A DNA stretch of 48,744 nucleotides, taken from the IMG/VR virus record IMGVR_UViG_3300045988_148990; one strand, written 5' to 3'. Origin of the DNA: a virus. The translations under genes and the position numbers were made by a program. Shown in pieces: positions 6,677-14,378 of the stretch. Under the pieces are notes generated by a model that ran no database searches, was not told the origin of the DNA, and worked only from the letters and a program-made list of their open reading frames with translations. Position 1 is the first letter of the stretch, and every line of letters starts with the position of its first letter.

Positions 6677-6684
6677 TACCTTTG
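6677..6684 (+). promoter_or_regulatory. -7 box TACCTTTG
   Basis: Exact match, divergent from 6553, upstream of ATG 6711. Confidence 0.6.
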
Positions 6685-6710
6685 CGACCGAAATGAGAAA
6701 TAAGTAAGTT

Positions 6711-6860
6711 ATGAAAAAGATTCTCCGGGCAATCTGTGCCCACCCCTTCCGCACCATTGCCACCATTGGCCTGTTGGCCCTCTCAATCCATTGGGGCTAC
6801 CTTGGGCTTGCTATCTTCAGCGTCCCGATGTTCGCCCTGTGGGATAGCGTGAATTTTTGA
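6711..6860 (+). CDS. small membrane protein (49 aa, below the track cutoff)
   Basis: Hand translation gives MKKILRAICAHPFRTIATIGLLALSIHWGYLGLAIFSVPMFALWDSVNF, with two hydrophobic segments. Confidence 0.45.
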   Translation: MKKILRAICAHPFRTIATIGLLALSIHWGYLGLAIFSVPMFALWDSVNF

Positions 6861-6906
6861 GCAAAGAATGCTATCAGACTCCAAGATTGACAATGATTTT
6901 TAGATT

Positions 6907-7131
6907 ATGAAAGCATATAACGTAGATACTCGCAAGAGCGAGGAAATTCCAGACGCTTGGGCATTTGGTGGCACTCACATTCTCATCGGCATGGAAGAAT
7001 CTGTATTTGACTACTGCAAGGAATTAAGAGCAGACTATCTCGCCAACCACTTCCCCGACTCGTCAGCAAAGATTCAGTCAATCAAGTGGCTTGACGGTGG
7101 TAGGATTGTTATAGGTTTCGGCGCATTGTGA
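6907..7131 (+). CDS. hypothetical protein (74 aa)
   Basis: Track ORF. Its start lies 2 nt after a linker repeat and its stop lies inside one. Confidence 0.55.
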   Translation: MKAYNVDTRKSEEIPDAWAFGGTHILIGMEESVFDYCKELRADYLANHFPDSSAKIQSIKWLDGGRIVIGFGAL

Positions 7132-7155
7132 ATTTTCAACCATAATTTTTAGAGT

Positions 7156-7341
7156 ATGAAATACGAAACATTGAACGAACAAACATACAAAAAGCACATT
7201 ATCAGGGTTGTCCTTGACGAATATGGACAGCAATTTGCAACCATACCAACACTGCACCCCGGAATAGGATATGCAAGCATCGCCGATGCGAAAAGAGAAA
7301 TTAACGGAAAACCACGCAAGTGGAGTTATGTCATACTATGA
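7156..7341 (+). CDS. hypothetical protein (61 aa)
   Basis: Track ORF with the same linker geometry. Confidence 0.55.
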   Translation: MKYETLNEQTYKKHIIRVVLDEYGQQFATIPTLHPGIGYASIADAKREINGKPRKWSYVIL

Positions 7342-7489
7342 ATTTTTGAGCCATAATTTTTAGACTTCTTCACCGATAATTTTTAGAAAAAGTACAAAAA
7401 GTCAAAATAAATTTGGAATTGTCAGAATTTTTGCTTTACTTTGCACCCGGAAACCAAAACAACAAGTTTAACATCTAACGCTTTTTATT

Positions 7490-8365
7490 ATGGCACAGTT
7501 TGATATTTACGAGAGTATTTCCAACAAAATCATCGAACAACTCAATAACGGCCAAATTCCTTGGCAGCAACCTTGGCGTGGCGGCTTGGAAGGTGCGAAG
7601 TCCTATGTTTCGGGTAAGCCTTATTCCCTGCTGAATCAACTCCTGTTGGGCCGTGAAGGTTACTACCTCACTTGGAAACAGATTACCGACCTCGGTGGCC
7701 GTGTGAAGAAGGGTTGCAAGAGCAATATCGTGGTGTTCTACAAAATGGCCAAGACCACGGAGACCAAGATGGTTGACGGTGAAATCAAGCAGGAGGAGAG
7801 ACGCATTCCCGTGCTCCGTTACTACACTGTGTTCCACGAGGAGGACTGCGAGGGGATTTCTCCAAAGGGCGACAAGGACGAAAAGCCTGTTTCTCCCCTT
7901 ACTCCCGTGGAGGAGGCCGAAAAGGTTATTGAGGGCTACTATGGCCGCGAGGCATGCAAACTGCATGTAGAACTCTCCAATGAGGCTTTCTATTCTCCCT
8001 CTGCGGACAGCGTCACCGTTCCTGCCATGGAACAGTACGACATCGTAGAAGAATACTATTCCACTCTGTTCCACGAGACCACCCACTCCACAGGCCACTC
8101 CTCCCGTCTCAATCGTGACATGACGGGCCACTTTGGCTCTAACAGTTACAGCAAGGAGGAACTTGTTGCTGAACTCGGTGCGGCTTTCCTCGTGCAGAAG
8201 TGCGGCATGGATAGTGCCAAGGCGTTCAACAACTCAGTTGCTTACATTCAGTCTTGGAGCAAGAAGTTCAAAGAGGACAAGAAACTCATTGTTTCTGCCG
8301 CCTCCAAGGCCGAGAAGGCCGTGAAGTTCATTCTTACCGGGGAGCGTCCCGCCCCTGTCAAATAA
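7490..8365 (+). CDS. ardC: ArdC-like anti-restriction protein (ssDNA-binding N-domain plus zincin metalloprotease)
   Basis: N-terminal motif GQIPWQQPW...SGKPYSLLNQLLL. C-terminal HExxH motif in LFHETTHSTGH. Confidence 0.75.
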   Translation: MAQFDIYESISNKIIEQLNNGQIPWQQPWRGGLEGAKSYVSGKPYSLLNQLLLGREGYYLTWKQITDLGGRVKKGCKSNIVVFYKMAKTTETKMVDGEIKQEERRIPVLRYYTVFHEEDCEGISPKGDKDEKPVSPLTPVEEAEKVIEGYYGREACKLHVELSNEAFYSPSADSVTVPAMEQYDIVEEYYSTLFHETTHSTGHSSRLNRDMTGHFGSNSYSKEELVAELGAAFLVQKCGMDSAKAFNNSVAYIQSWSKKFKEDKKLIVSAASKAEKAVKFILTGERPAPVK

Positions 8366-8371
8366 CGAAAC

Positions 8372-8394
8372 AAGAGGGGTTTAACCTCTTTTTA
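8372..8394 (+). terminator. weak intrinsic terminator
   Basis: Stem AAGAGG/CCTCTT followed by TTT. Confidence 0.4.
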
Positions 8395-8411
8395 TGTTGT
8401 TTTTTGTTTCT

Positions 8412-8447
8412 GCCGTGGGCCGTTGCGATAACGCCTCACGGCTTTTT
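8412..8447 (+). terminator. intrinsic terminator after ardC
   Basis: Stem GCCGTG..CACGGC (extendable to 8 bp) followed by TTTTT. Confidence 0.6.
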
Positions 8448-8606
8448 GTTGTATTCGTTAATGCAGATTAGGGGTGTTTTTTCATGCTTATTCTGCAAAA
8501 GCCTCAGAAACGGCTCTATTTGCGCACAAAAAAGTGCGGATGATAACTTATACCACCCGCACCTCAAAAGCGCGCCAAATCGCCCAAAAATGGGCAAGAA
8601 TCGGAT

Positions 8607-8954
8607 TTATCCTCTGTGTCGCTGATAGAACTTGCAGAGGTGAGGCCGTTTGATGCCTTCGTCAAGGCTTTCCCCCATACACTTCCCCTCCATATTGTAA
8701 GAGGCGGTTTTTCCGAACAGGCAGTTCTCGCAAGAATCGGGGTTGGCCTTGGCTTTCTTTCGTTTGAGGGCTTTTCCGATGTCCACAGAGATGTTCAGCC
8801 CGAGGAGGATGACAAATATCACTCCAACGGGAAACCACACAGGGGACAGGGCCACCCACCAACTCGCACCGAGGATTTTTGCCACGATTGCGAGGATTAC
8901 CCAAAGGGCGTAGATGATGTAGTTGTAGGCTTTCATAACTTTGATATTATGCAA
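8607..8954 (-). CDS. membrane protein with Cys-rich C-terminus
   Basis: Track ORF. The alternative ATG at 8936 overlaps the upstream stop as ATGA. Two TM segments, then CENC...C...C. Confidence 0.6.
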   Translation of the reverse strand: MHNIKVMKAYNYIIYALWVILAIVAKILGASWWVALSPVWFPVGVIFVILLGLNISVDIGKALKRKKAKANPDSCENCLFGKTASYNMEGKCMGESLDEGIKRPHLCKFYQRHRG

Positions 8955-9352
8955 TTTTTAAGGGTTTGATATTCTTTCTCAGTGGCGGGATAGATTTTCA
9001 TTTCCTCCTCCATTTTGCGGTTGTTATATATAACCGTGGCGTGGTGGATTTTCAAGAGTTCGCCTATTTGCATGAGGGACAGTTTGGTCTCCTCCCGGAG
9101 GAACTTGCACAGGAAGGCCCGAACCATTACGATTTCCGCTCTCCTGCTCCTTTTAAGGTAGGCCGATAGCGGGGTGTTGTATATCTCCACCAACGCATCG
9201 TCTATCGCCCGCATTGTCGGACTCTTGTATTCTCCCTCCTCGTTCTCCCAACGGGGATTTTTTGCCACGTAGGAGAGGACGCGAGTCGCGACCTCCCCAT
9301 CGTGAGCCGAATGTTCACCGAGAATTTTCGTTATTTGCTTCTCGTAATCCAT
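8933..9352 (-). CDS. stand-alone DnaA domain IV-like DNA-binding protein
   Basis: KRSRRAEIVMVRAFLCKFLREETKLSLMQIGELLKIHHATVIYNNRKMEEE aligns by eye with the E. coli DnaA C-terminus [48 protein letters not shown]. Confidence 0.65.
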   Translation of the reverse strand: MDYEKQITKILGEHSAHDGEVATRVLSYVAKNPRWENEEGEYKSPTMRAIDDALVEIYNTPLSAYLKRSRRAEIVMVRAFLCKFLREETKLSLMQIGELLKIHHATVIYNNRKMEEEMKIYPATEKEYQTLKNCIISKL

Positions 9353-9369
9353 TGAGTTTTAACGAGTTG

Positions 9370-9639
9370 CTAAAAAGGTAAATCCCCGTCATCTTTCTGA
9401 GACGAGCCCTGCCCACCAAACTCATAGGGTTTAAGGTTTCCGAGGTAGATTACCTGCTTGTTCTCCTTGTCGTAGAGTTGGATGGAATGGGTATTCCCGT
9501 ATTGGTCTGCCCCGTTTTTGTTAGGCACAATATCCACATACACGAACTTTTGAACGTTTCCGTCCTTGTCCGCTGCGGACTGAATGAGGTTTTTAGGAAT
9601 CTTTGTGAGCATCAATCGCCCGTTCAATTTTTTTGCCAT
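9370..9639 (-). CDS. small SSB-like protein with canonical acidic C-terminal tip
   Basis: 89 aa ending GGQGSSQKDDGDLPF (compare the bacterial SSB tip DDDIPF). Lies in the replication module. Confidence 0.5.
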   Translation of the reverse strand: MAKKLNGRLMLTKIPKNLIQSAADKDGNVQKFVYVDIVPNKNGADQYGNTHSIQLYDKENKQVIYLGNLKPYEFGGQGSSQKDDGDLPF

Positions 9640-9670
9640 GTTTCTTTGCTTTGTTATAGTTGTTTACGTT

Positions 9671-10168
9671 TTATCTGTTAATATACTTGCTTTCGAGGTA
9701 GTTGACCACATCATCTGTGCTCATTCTCCGCACGGCCTTGACGAAGTTGATAGCGTTGCCCGTTTCTCCGCAGACAAAGCACTTATATGCCCCCTTGCTC
9801 GGGATAAGTGCTACCATAGTGTCGCTCTTGCAGTGGGGGCACTTGCAGATGTAGTTTCTCCCCTTCTTTGTGGGCTTGAATCCGAGGTTTGCGGCCACTT
9901 CCACAATATCCACCTCGGAGAGTATTCTCCCGAGCCTTGAAGCGTCCTCAGATGACACGCTTGTGACACTGGCCTCATAGAAGGTGTACCCACGCTTGCG
10001 GGCAATCTCCAAGCACTCGGTAAGTGGGGTATTGCGAGGTATCGGCTCTCCGTCCGCATTATATGGGACATTATCAACGAGCCACTCCCTAAGGGTTTCC
10101 TCATTGGGCGTATCCGCTATGGCGTTCCCGTAGCGGAAGATTTGAATGGTCGGTTTGCTTTCAGTCAT
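9671..10168 (-). CDS. CHC2 (DnaG-type) zinc-finger protein lacking a primase catalytic domain
   Basis: C-terminal KGRNYICKCPHCKSDTMVALIPSKGAYKCFVCGETGNAINFV matches the CPFH..CFGCG pattern. The N-terminal 90 aa are unassigned. Confidence 0.65.
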   Translation of the reverse strand: MTESKPTIQIFRYGNAIADTPNEETLREWLVDNVPYNADGEPIPRNTPLTECLEIARKRGYTFYEASVTSVSSEDASRLGRILSEVDIVEVAANLGFKPTKKGRNYICKCPHCKSDTMVALIPSKGAYKCFVCGETGNAINFVKAVRRMSTDDVVNYLESKYINR

Positions 10169-10449
10169 TTCTCATACAATTTTTGAACGAAATTTTTGCA
10201 ATCCACCTCGTAGCGTTTGAGGTGTTTGAGGGCCGCGCTAAGGATAACATCCGTCACCTTGGGCCGATGTTCCATGCAGGAGACAAGCACCGCAGAAAGA
10301 TACTTTGCCCCTTCGGGGATTGAAGATACGGTCTCCGCGACAAGCCCCTCGTGGTGCTCATCCACACACGGGGTGTCAATCACGAGGAGGTAGTCGCTCT
10401 TGCGCAGGAGGAAGTTGATAAGGCGCATGCGTGTATGGTCGCTAAGCAT
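10165..10449 (-). CDS. hypothetical protein (94 aa)
   Basis: Track ORF with overlapping start/stop junctions on both sides. Confidence 0.55.
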   Translation of the reverse strand: MLSDHTRMRLINFLLRKSDYLLVIDTPCVDEHHEGLVAETVSSIPEGAKYLSAVLVSCMEHRPKVTDVILSAALKHLKRYEVDCKNFVQKLYEK

Positions 10450-10843
10450 TTCTCTCCTCCTTTGTTACTCCGTCTCCGTTTCCTGCTATCGTGCCGTTCT
10501 TTGCCCTCTCTGCGAGTTTTGCGAGGTTCTCCTGCCCCACGGCCTCCAAGTCCCAACCCATCACCTTGCACAGGCCCGCTAACTGCCACAGGATGTCTCC
10601 CGCCTCTTTGCGCAGGGCCACTCGGTCAGTGAGGATGTTGGCCTTGGCGGTGAAGTAGAACTGATTGGGGGTTTCTCCCGAGCCGATGCCCGCCTCCTCC
10701 TTGCGTATATGTTTTGCCACCTTGGAGGCGAACTCTCCCACCTCTCCAACCAAATTTAACAACATGTAGGAAGCGTTATTGCACGTTGGCATACACGTCT
10801 TCATTGCCTTTTCTTGATAATCATTTAGTTCCATTTCGTTCAA
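10442..10843 (-). CDS. mazG: MazG-like nucleotide pyrophosphohydrolase
   Basis: Motifs LVGEVGEFASKV and RKEAGDILWQLAGLC. Confidence 0.8.
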   Translation of the reverse strand: MNEMELNDYQEKAMKTCMPTCNNASYMLLNLVGEVGEFASKVAKHIRKEEAGIGSGETPNQFYFTAKANILTDRVALRKEAGDILWQLAGLCKVMGWDLEAVGQENLAKLAERAKNGTIAGNGDGVTKEERNA

Positions 10844-11363
10844 TTATTACTTTATAACCTTTTGATTTTTGGTTCTTTCTATATGCCTGCGATATTGCTT
10901 GTATGGTAACACCCAAAAACTTTGCTGCAAAAGTTTCCCTATCGAAAACCAACTCTTCCCCACTCCCGTCAATGAGTATTGTTTTGTGGCCGAGAGAGTG
11001 TCCCGCCTTATCACCGCGACACCCATATAACAGGTTGTACCCACGTGAACACCACTCTATATTTTCCGCCCTATTGTCTGCCTTATCCTCGTTCTTGTGG
11101 TTTACCTCTTTATACCCGTTGGGATTTGGGATAAAAGCATCCGCAACCAACCTGTGAACATAAAAAGTTTTCTTTGTGCCACAACATAGCGATACCGACC
11201 GATACCCATTCGAGTTCCTCGGCGATAAAATCCGCTCGCCAAAGGACTGAGGAAAACCATTACTTCTTAATATTACGCGACTTAGAGACTTAACTCGCCC
11301 CATGTTGCTAATTTGATACAGGCCCTCGTAGCCATGTATGTCTTTCCATACTTCTTGTTCCAT
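10821..11363 (-). CDS. free-standing HNH homing endonuclease, paralog H1 (NUMOD4-like plus HNH_3-like)
   Basis: WKDIHGYEGLYQISNMGRVKS; VHRLVADAFIPNP...VNHKNEDKADNRAENIEW. Its 3' end overlaps the mazG start by 23 nt. Confidence 0.85.
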   Translation of the reverse strand: MEQEVWKDIHGYEGLYQISNMGRVKSLSRVILRSNGFPQSFGERILSPRNSNGYRSVSLCCGTKKTFYVHRLVADAFIPNPNGYKEVNHKNEDKADNRAENIEWCSRGYNLLYGCRGDKAGHSLGHKTILIDGSGEELVFDRETFAAKFLGVTIQAISQAYRKNQKSKGYKVIIERNGTK

Positions 11364-11379
11364 ATCAATAACATTTTTG

Positions 11380-11387
11380 CAAAGTTA
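11380..11387 (-). promoter_or_regulatory. -7 box TAACTTTG for HNH H1
   Basis: The plus strand reads CAAAGTTA, 16 nt upstream of ATG 11363. Confidence 0.55.
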
Positions 11388-11489
11388 AGTAATATAAACC
11401 ACATTTACAAGTGTTGTGCGAAGTTTAGGTTGTCGCAGGTAGGCATGCAAGTTGTCATGGCTTTCTGCTGATACTCATTAAGCGTTAAT

Positions 11490-11912
11490 TCATTCATTGT
11501 TATACTCTTGTTTTAATAATTGAATTGTTCTATCGTTTTTCTCCTCAAACCACAGGTTTAATTTGTATCTCGTGGTCTTGTGTTCCCAAGCGTTGTGGCA
11601 TTCCCAACACAGGATGTTAATGTTTCTGCAATCATGGGCCATTTCGGGGTGTGAGCCCCTCGAAAGGATATGGCTCACATTGGTTGCCCTCGGGTGGGGA
11701 ATCGGCTTTCCGCAGTTCTCACAGACAAGGGGGAAGTGCCTTAGGCAGTAGGCGTAGAACAAGGCGTTTCCCGCATTGTCATTTTTGCCGAATTTCTCCC
11801 GTTGTATTTCTCTCCTCAGCCCGATTTCGAGGTGGTATCGCTTGTCGTACAGGCAATCTATCCCCTTCTTCAACAAGGCATCGTAATCCTCTCTGTTAGT
11901 AATCTCCACCAT
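11490..11912 (-). CDS. HNH endonuclease (second, unrelated type)
   Basis: CENCGK...NVSHILSRGSHPEMAHDCRNINILCWECHNAWE. Confidence 0.65.
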   Translation of the reverse strand: MVEITNREDYDALLKKGIDCLYDKRYHLEIGLRREIQREKFGKNDNAGNALFYAYCLRHFPLVCENCGKPIPHPRATNVSHILSRGSHPEMAHDCRNINILCWECHNAWEHKTTRYKLNLWFEEKNDRTIQLLKQEYNNE

Positions 11913-12282
11913 TCAGTAAGTCCTCCAATACCTGCTTGGCCCTTACCACGTCATTGTGGGCTTGGTGTATCTCGTTAAGCCTATCCTGTGTGTACGGGAG
12001 GGGAGCACCCTTGCACCACGAGCGATAGTTGATAGTCTTGGGGCACTCCAACATAGCAAGGTCGGAGGAATAATCCCACCACTTTTCAATCGTCCCAACC
12101 TTCTGCTCAGAATCTATGTCATAGCGAATATCGTCAAAGGAGAGGAACATGTCCCCAATCTCTGCGGTTTCTCCCACTCGGGCTGCAACCCAACCCTCAA
12201 AGCAAAGGTCGTGTTTCTCGCAGAATCGCTCAATATAGCGGTTGCAGATGTCGGTAAAATCGTCTCTCAGTGTCTTGCTCAT
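11896..12282 (-). CDS. hypothetical protein (128 aa)
   Basis: Track ORF in the operon. Confidence 0.55.
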   Translation of the reverse strand: MSKTLRDDFTDICNRYIERFCEKHDLCFEGWVAARVGETAEIGDMFLSFDDIRYDIDSEQKVGTIEKWWDYSSDLAMLECPKTINYRSWCKGAPLPYTQDRLNEIHQAHNDVVRAKQVLEDLLNGGDY

Positions 12283-12698
12283 AGCGGATTATCTAAGATT
12301 TTATAGAGGTTCTCTGCGGCCCATTGGAACAGCCAATCTATTACTTCATTGGCCTCGGCTTGGTCTAACTGCTCGAACTCCTTGTAGGTTTTTCTCCACT
12401 GTCCGTTCTCTCGTTTCTCCTCCGCAAACAACGGACAAAGCATGCGGATTTTGTCGTAGGTCTCCTCCTTGGTGAGGTGCTCCCCTTGCTCCATGAAGGC
12501 GTTTCTCAGTTCGGGAACGATGTAGCCGAAAAAGTAGTTGCGGGTTTTCTCCGTTGGCTCTACGGCCATGAGTTCCACCCTCACTATCGCCACTTTCCCC
12601 TTGTGGGAGGACAGGAACTCTTTCAGGGCGTCCCAATGGAGGTTCAATTCCCCATTCTCGCCTATCCTCCCCATGAGGGTTTTATTCCTCACTCTCAT
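12279..12698 (-). CDS. hypothetical protein (139 aa)
   Basis: Track ORF with 4-nt overlaps at both junctions. Confidence 0.55.
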   Translation of the reverse strand: MRVRNKTLMGRIGENGELNLHWDALKEFLSSHKGKVAIVRVELMAVEPTEKTRNYFFGYIVPELRNAFMEQGEHLTKEETYDKIRMLCPLFAEEKRENGQWRKTYKEFEQLDQAEANEVIDWLFQWAAENLYKILDNPL

Positions 12699-13048
12699 GC
12701 CCTAATCTTCCAATAGATAAAGCACTCGGAAAGGGCGTTCTGCACCTCGTGAATGGCGGTCAGTCTGCCGATATAGCGGAAGTCCTGTCCGTTGCGGATG
12801 TCAATGTCCCAAGAACCGCTCTTGTTCTGATGGGCCACGACACTCTTGGCCTCGTCCTGCCGATAGTAGTTCTTCTCCCCGTTGAACTCCTGCATCTTGA
12901 ACTCGTTGGAGAGGAAAAACTCGTCTGTCAGTTTGATAGGCTCGAACAACTCCGTATAGTGCATTTCAGAAATGCCTACTCGGATTGCGTAGCCTTGGTT
13001 CTTCGCATCCTGCACGAAGTTGCCGATTTTCAAAACTCGTCTATCCAT
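12695..13048 (-). CDS. hypothetical protein (117 aa)
   Basis: Track ORF. Confidence 0.55.
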   Translation of the reverse strand: MDRRVLKIGNFVQDAKNQGYAIRVGISEMHYTELFEPIKLTDEFFLSNEFKMQEFNGEKNYYRQDEAKSVVAHQNKSGSWDIDIRNGQDFRYIGRLTAIHEVQNALSECFIYWKIRA

Positions 13049-13236
13049 TAGTATTCGTGTTGGTGTTCTTACTGCTCGTTGTGTAGTGAATCACGGATTG
13101 CCCTCTGCACCTTTTTCACTTCCTCCAAGGTGGGGAAAAGGTTGCCCGCCCTGCGCAGTTCTCGTGCGCTGTCGGAGTCAGCATCAACCTTATCCACCTC
13201 GAAGAATGCGTTTATGAAATAGGCCGTTTTCATGGC

Positions 13237-13572
13237 TTAACAAGCACCACAGACGGGCTCCAACTGAGCGAGACGCTCTTTGAGCATCTTGATTTCAAGG
13301 GCATCGTAGTCCGTGTTGAGGATTTCGTCTCCCCTGCGGAAGATTTCGGCCTCAACCCTTTTCTGCTCGTTCACAATGTCAAGGATGCAGACAGAGAGCA
13401 CCTCGGTAAACTTGCGCTTGACAATGAAGGTGAGGCAGGCGGGGAATACACCCGTAGAGAAGGTGTTAATCACCTCAAAGCCCTTACTGTTCAGAGCCTC
13501 CTCCAAGTTTCGCGAGGCGGTAACGATGTCGGAAATGAGTTTCCAATCATCATTGGTGAGTTTCTTTACCAT
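13237..13572 (-). CDS. hypothetical protein (111 aa)
   Basis: Track ORF, preceded by a -7 box. Confidence 0.55.
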   Translation of the reverse strand: MVKKLTNDDWKLISDIVTASRNLEEALNSKGFEVINTFSTGVFPACLTFIVKRKFTEVLSVCILDIVNEQKRVEAEIFRRGDEILNTDYDALEIKMLKERLAQLEPVCGAC

Positions 13573-13602
13573 AGAGTTTGTGTTTTGTTATGTAAATATA
13601 CG

Positions 13603-13610
13603 CAAAATTA
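13603..13610 (-). promoter_or_regulatory. -7 box TAATTTTG
   Basis: The plus strand reads CAAAATTA, 30 nt upstream of ATG 13572. Confidence 0.45.
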
Positions 13611-13632
13611 TTAACAATCGCAAGGAAAATCT

Positions 13633-13953
13633 TTACTTTGTGCGAAAGACGGCCGGGTTGCGCATGGAGACGAACCCCTCAGAGAAGTCCACGAGCCACC
13701 AAACCACGTGCTCGATGCCGTTGGAGGCAGTGATAGCCTTGCGCTGAATGTTGTAGCCCTTCTTGCTGAGGTCGTAGATAGCGTCCCGATAGGAGTAGAT
13801 GTTGAATTTCTCAATCATCATTCTCCCTGTGACGGGATTGCCTCCGAGCATAAAGGCCGCGAGGCGGTCAATCTTTTTCCCGCTCTTTTCGAGCGTTGCG
13901 ATAGTGAGGTGGTTCTCCCGAATCTTGTCCCACTCCTTAGTGAAAGTAGCCAT
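13633..13953 (-). CDS. winged-helix DNA-binding protein (HTH_39-like)
   Basis: Track ORF trimmed to ATG 13953 (a TAATG overlap with the upstream stop). SYRDAIYDLSKKGYNIQRK resembles the RI.eLr.kGy.I motif. Confidence 0.45.
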   Translation of the reverse strand: MATFTKEWDKIRENHLTIATLEKSGKKIDRLAAFMLGGNPVTGRMMIEKFNIYSYRDAIYDLSKKGYNIQRKAITASNGIEHVVWWLVDFSEGFVSMRNPAVFRTK

Positions 13954-14306
13954 TAGAATGTGAGTTTGATTGTGTTCTGTTTGTCGTAGCAAGAGGGCCA
14001 AGGAGCATCGTGCTCTGCAATCTTCTCCCCGTCAATGTCGTAGAAGTCAGCGTGGGTGATGCTGATAGTGATTTCTCCGTGCTCCTCGGGCGGTTGGTAG
14101 TAGTCTCCCCCATCAACGCGCCTATACCCCTCGGCCTTGAAGCACACCACGGCAGTGATGTTGTCGGAGAGTTCCAACTCCCTATCCATAGAGCCAAAGT
14201 CGGCAGAGAGTTCTCCCATGCCAAACTCGAAGTCGTAAACGTCCAATTCCCCCGAGAGGGTTTCCCGCAGTTCTTTTAACAGAGCGTTGGTTGCTTTTTT
14301 GTCCAT
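13953..14306 (-). CDS. acidic hypothetical protein (117 aa)
   Basis: Track ORF. Confidence 0.55.
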   Translation of the reverse strand: MDKKATNALLKELRETLSGELDVYDFEFGMGELSADFGSMDRELELSDNITAVVCFKAEGYRRVDGGDYYQPPEEHGEITISITHADFYDIDGEKIAEHDAPWPSCYDKQNTIKLTF

Positions 14307-14332
14307 TTTCCTGTTGTCTTGATTTCTGAGTG

Positions 14333-14340
14333 CAAATATA
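14333..14340 (-). promoter_or_regulatory. -7 box TATATTTG
   Basis: The plus strand reads CAAATATA, 26 nt upstream of ATG 14306. Confidence 0.45.
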
Positions 14341-14378
14341 AGTCAAATCCACGAGAAAAGCAAGAAAAAATTTAACTT

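Larger units (their letters stand above)
6849..7387 (+). repeat. dispersed linker repeats: RTGAATTTTY over stop codons and ATAATTTTTAGA before starts
   Basis: RTGAATTTTY occurs at 6849, 7128 and 7338. The exact 12-mer ATAATTTTTAGA occurs at 7142, 7353 and 7376, with the variant GATTTTTAGA at 6895. Confidence 0.85.

Noticed and set aside
13049-13236. 188-bp gap that looked like it held a 54-codon minus-strand ORF starting at ATG 13233.
   Set aside because: Careful reading shows that frame stops after 14 codons (MKTAYFINAFFRGG*). The only longer frame needs a GTG start and has no promoter or coupling context.
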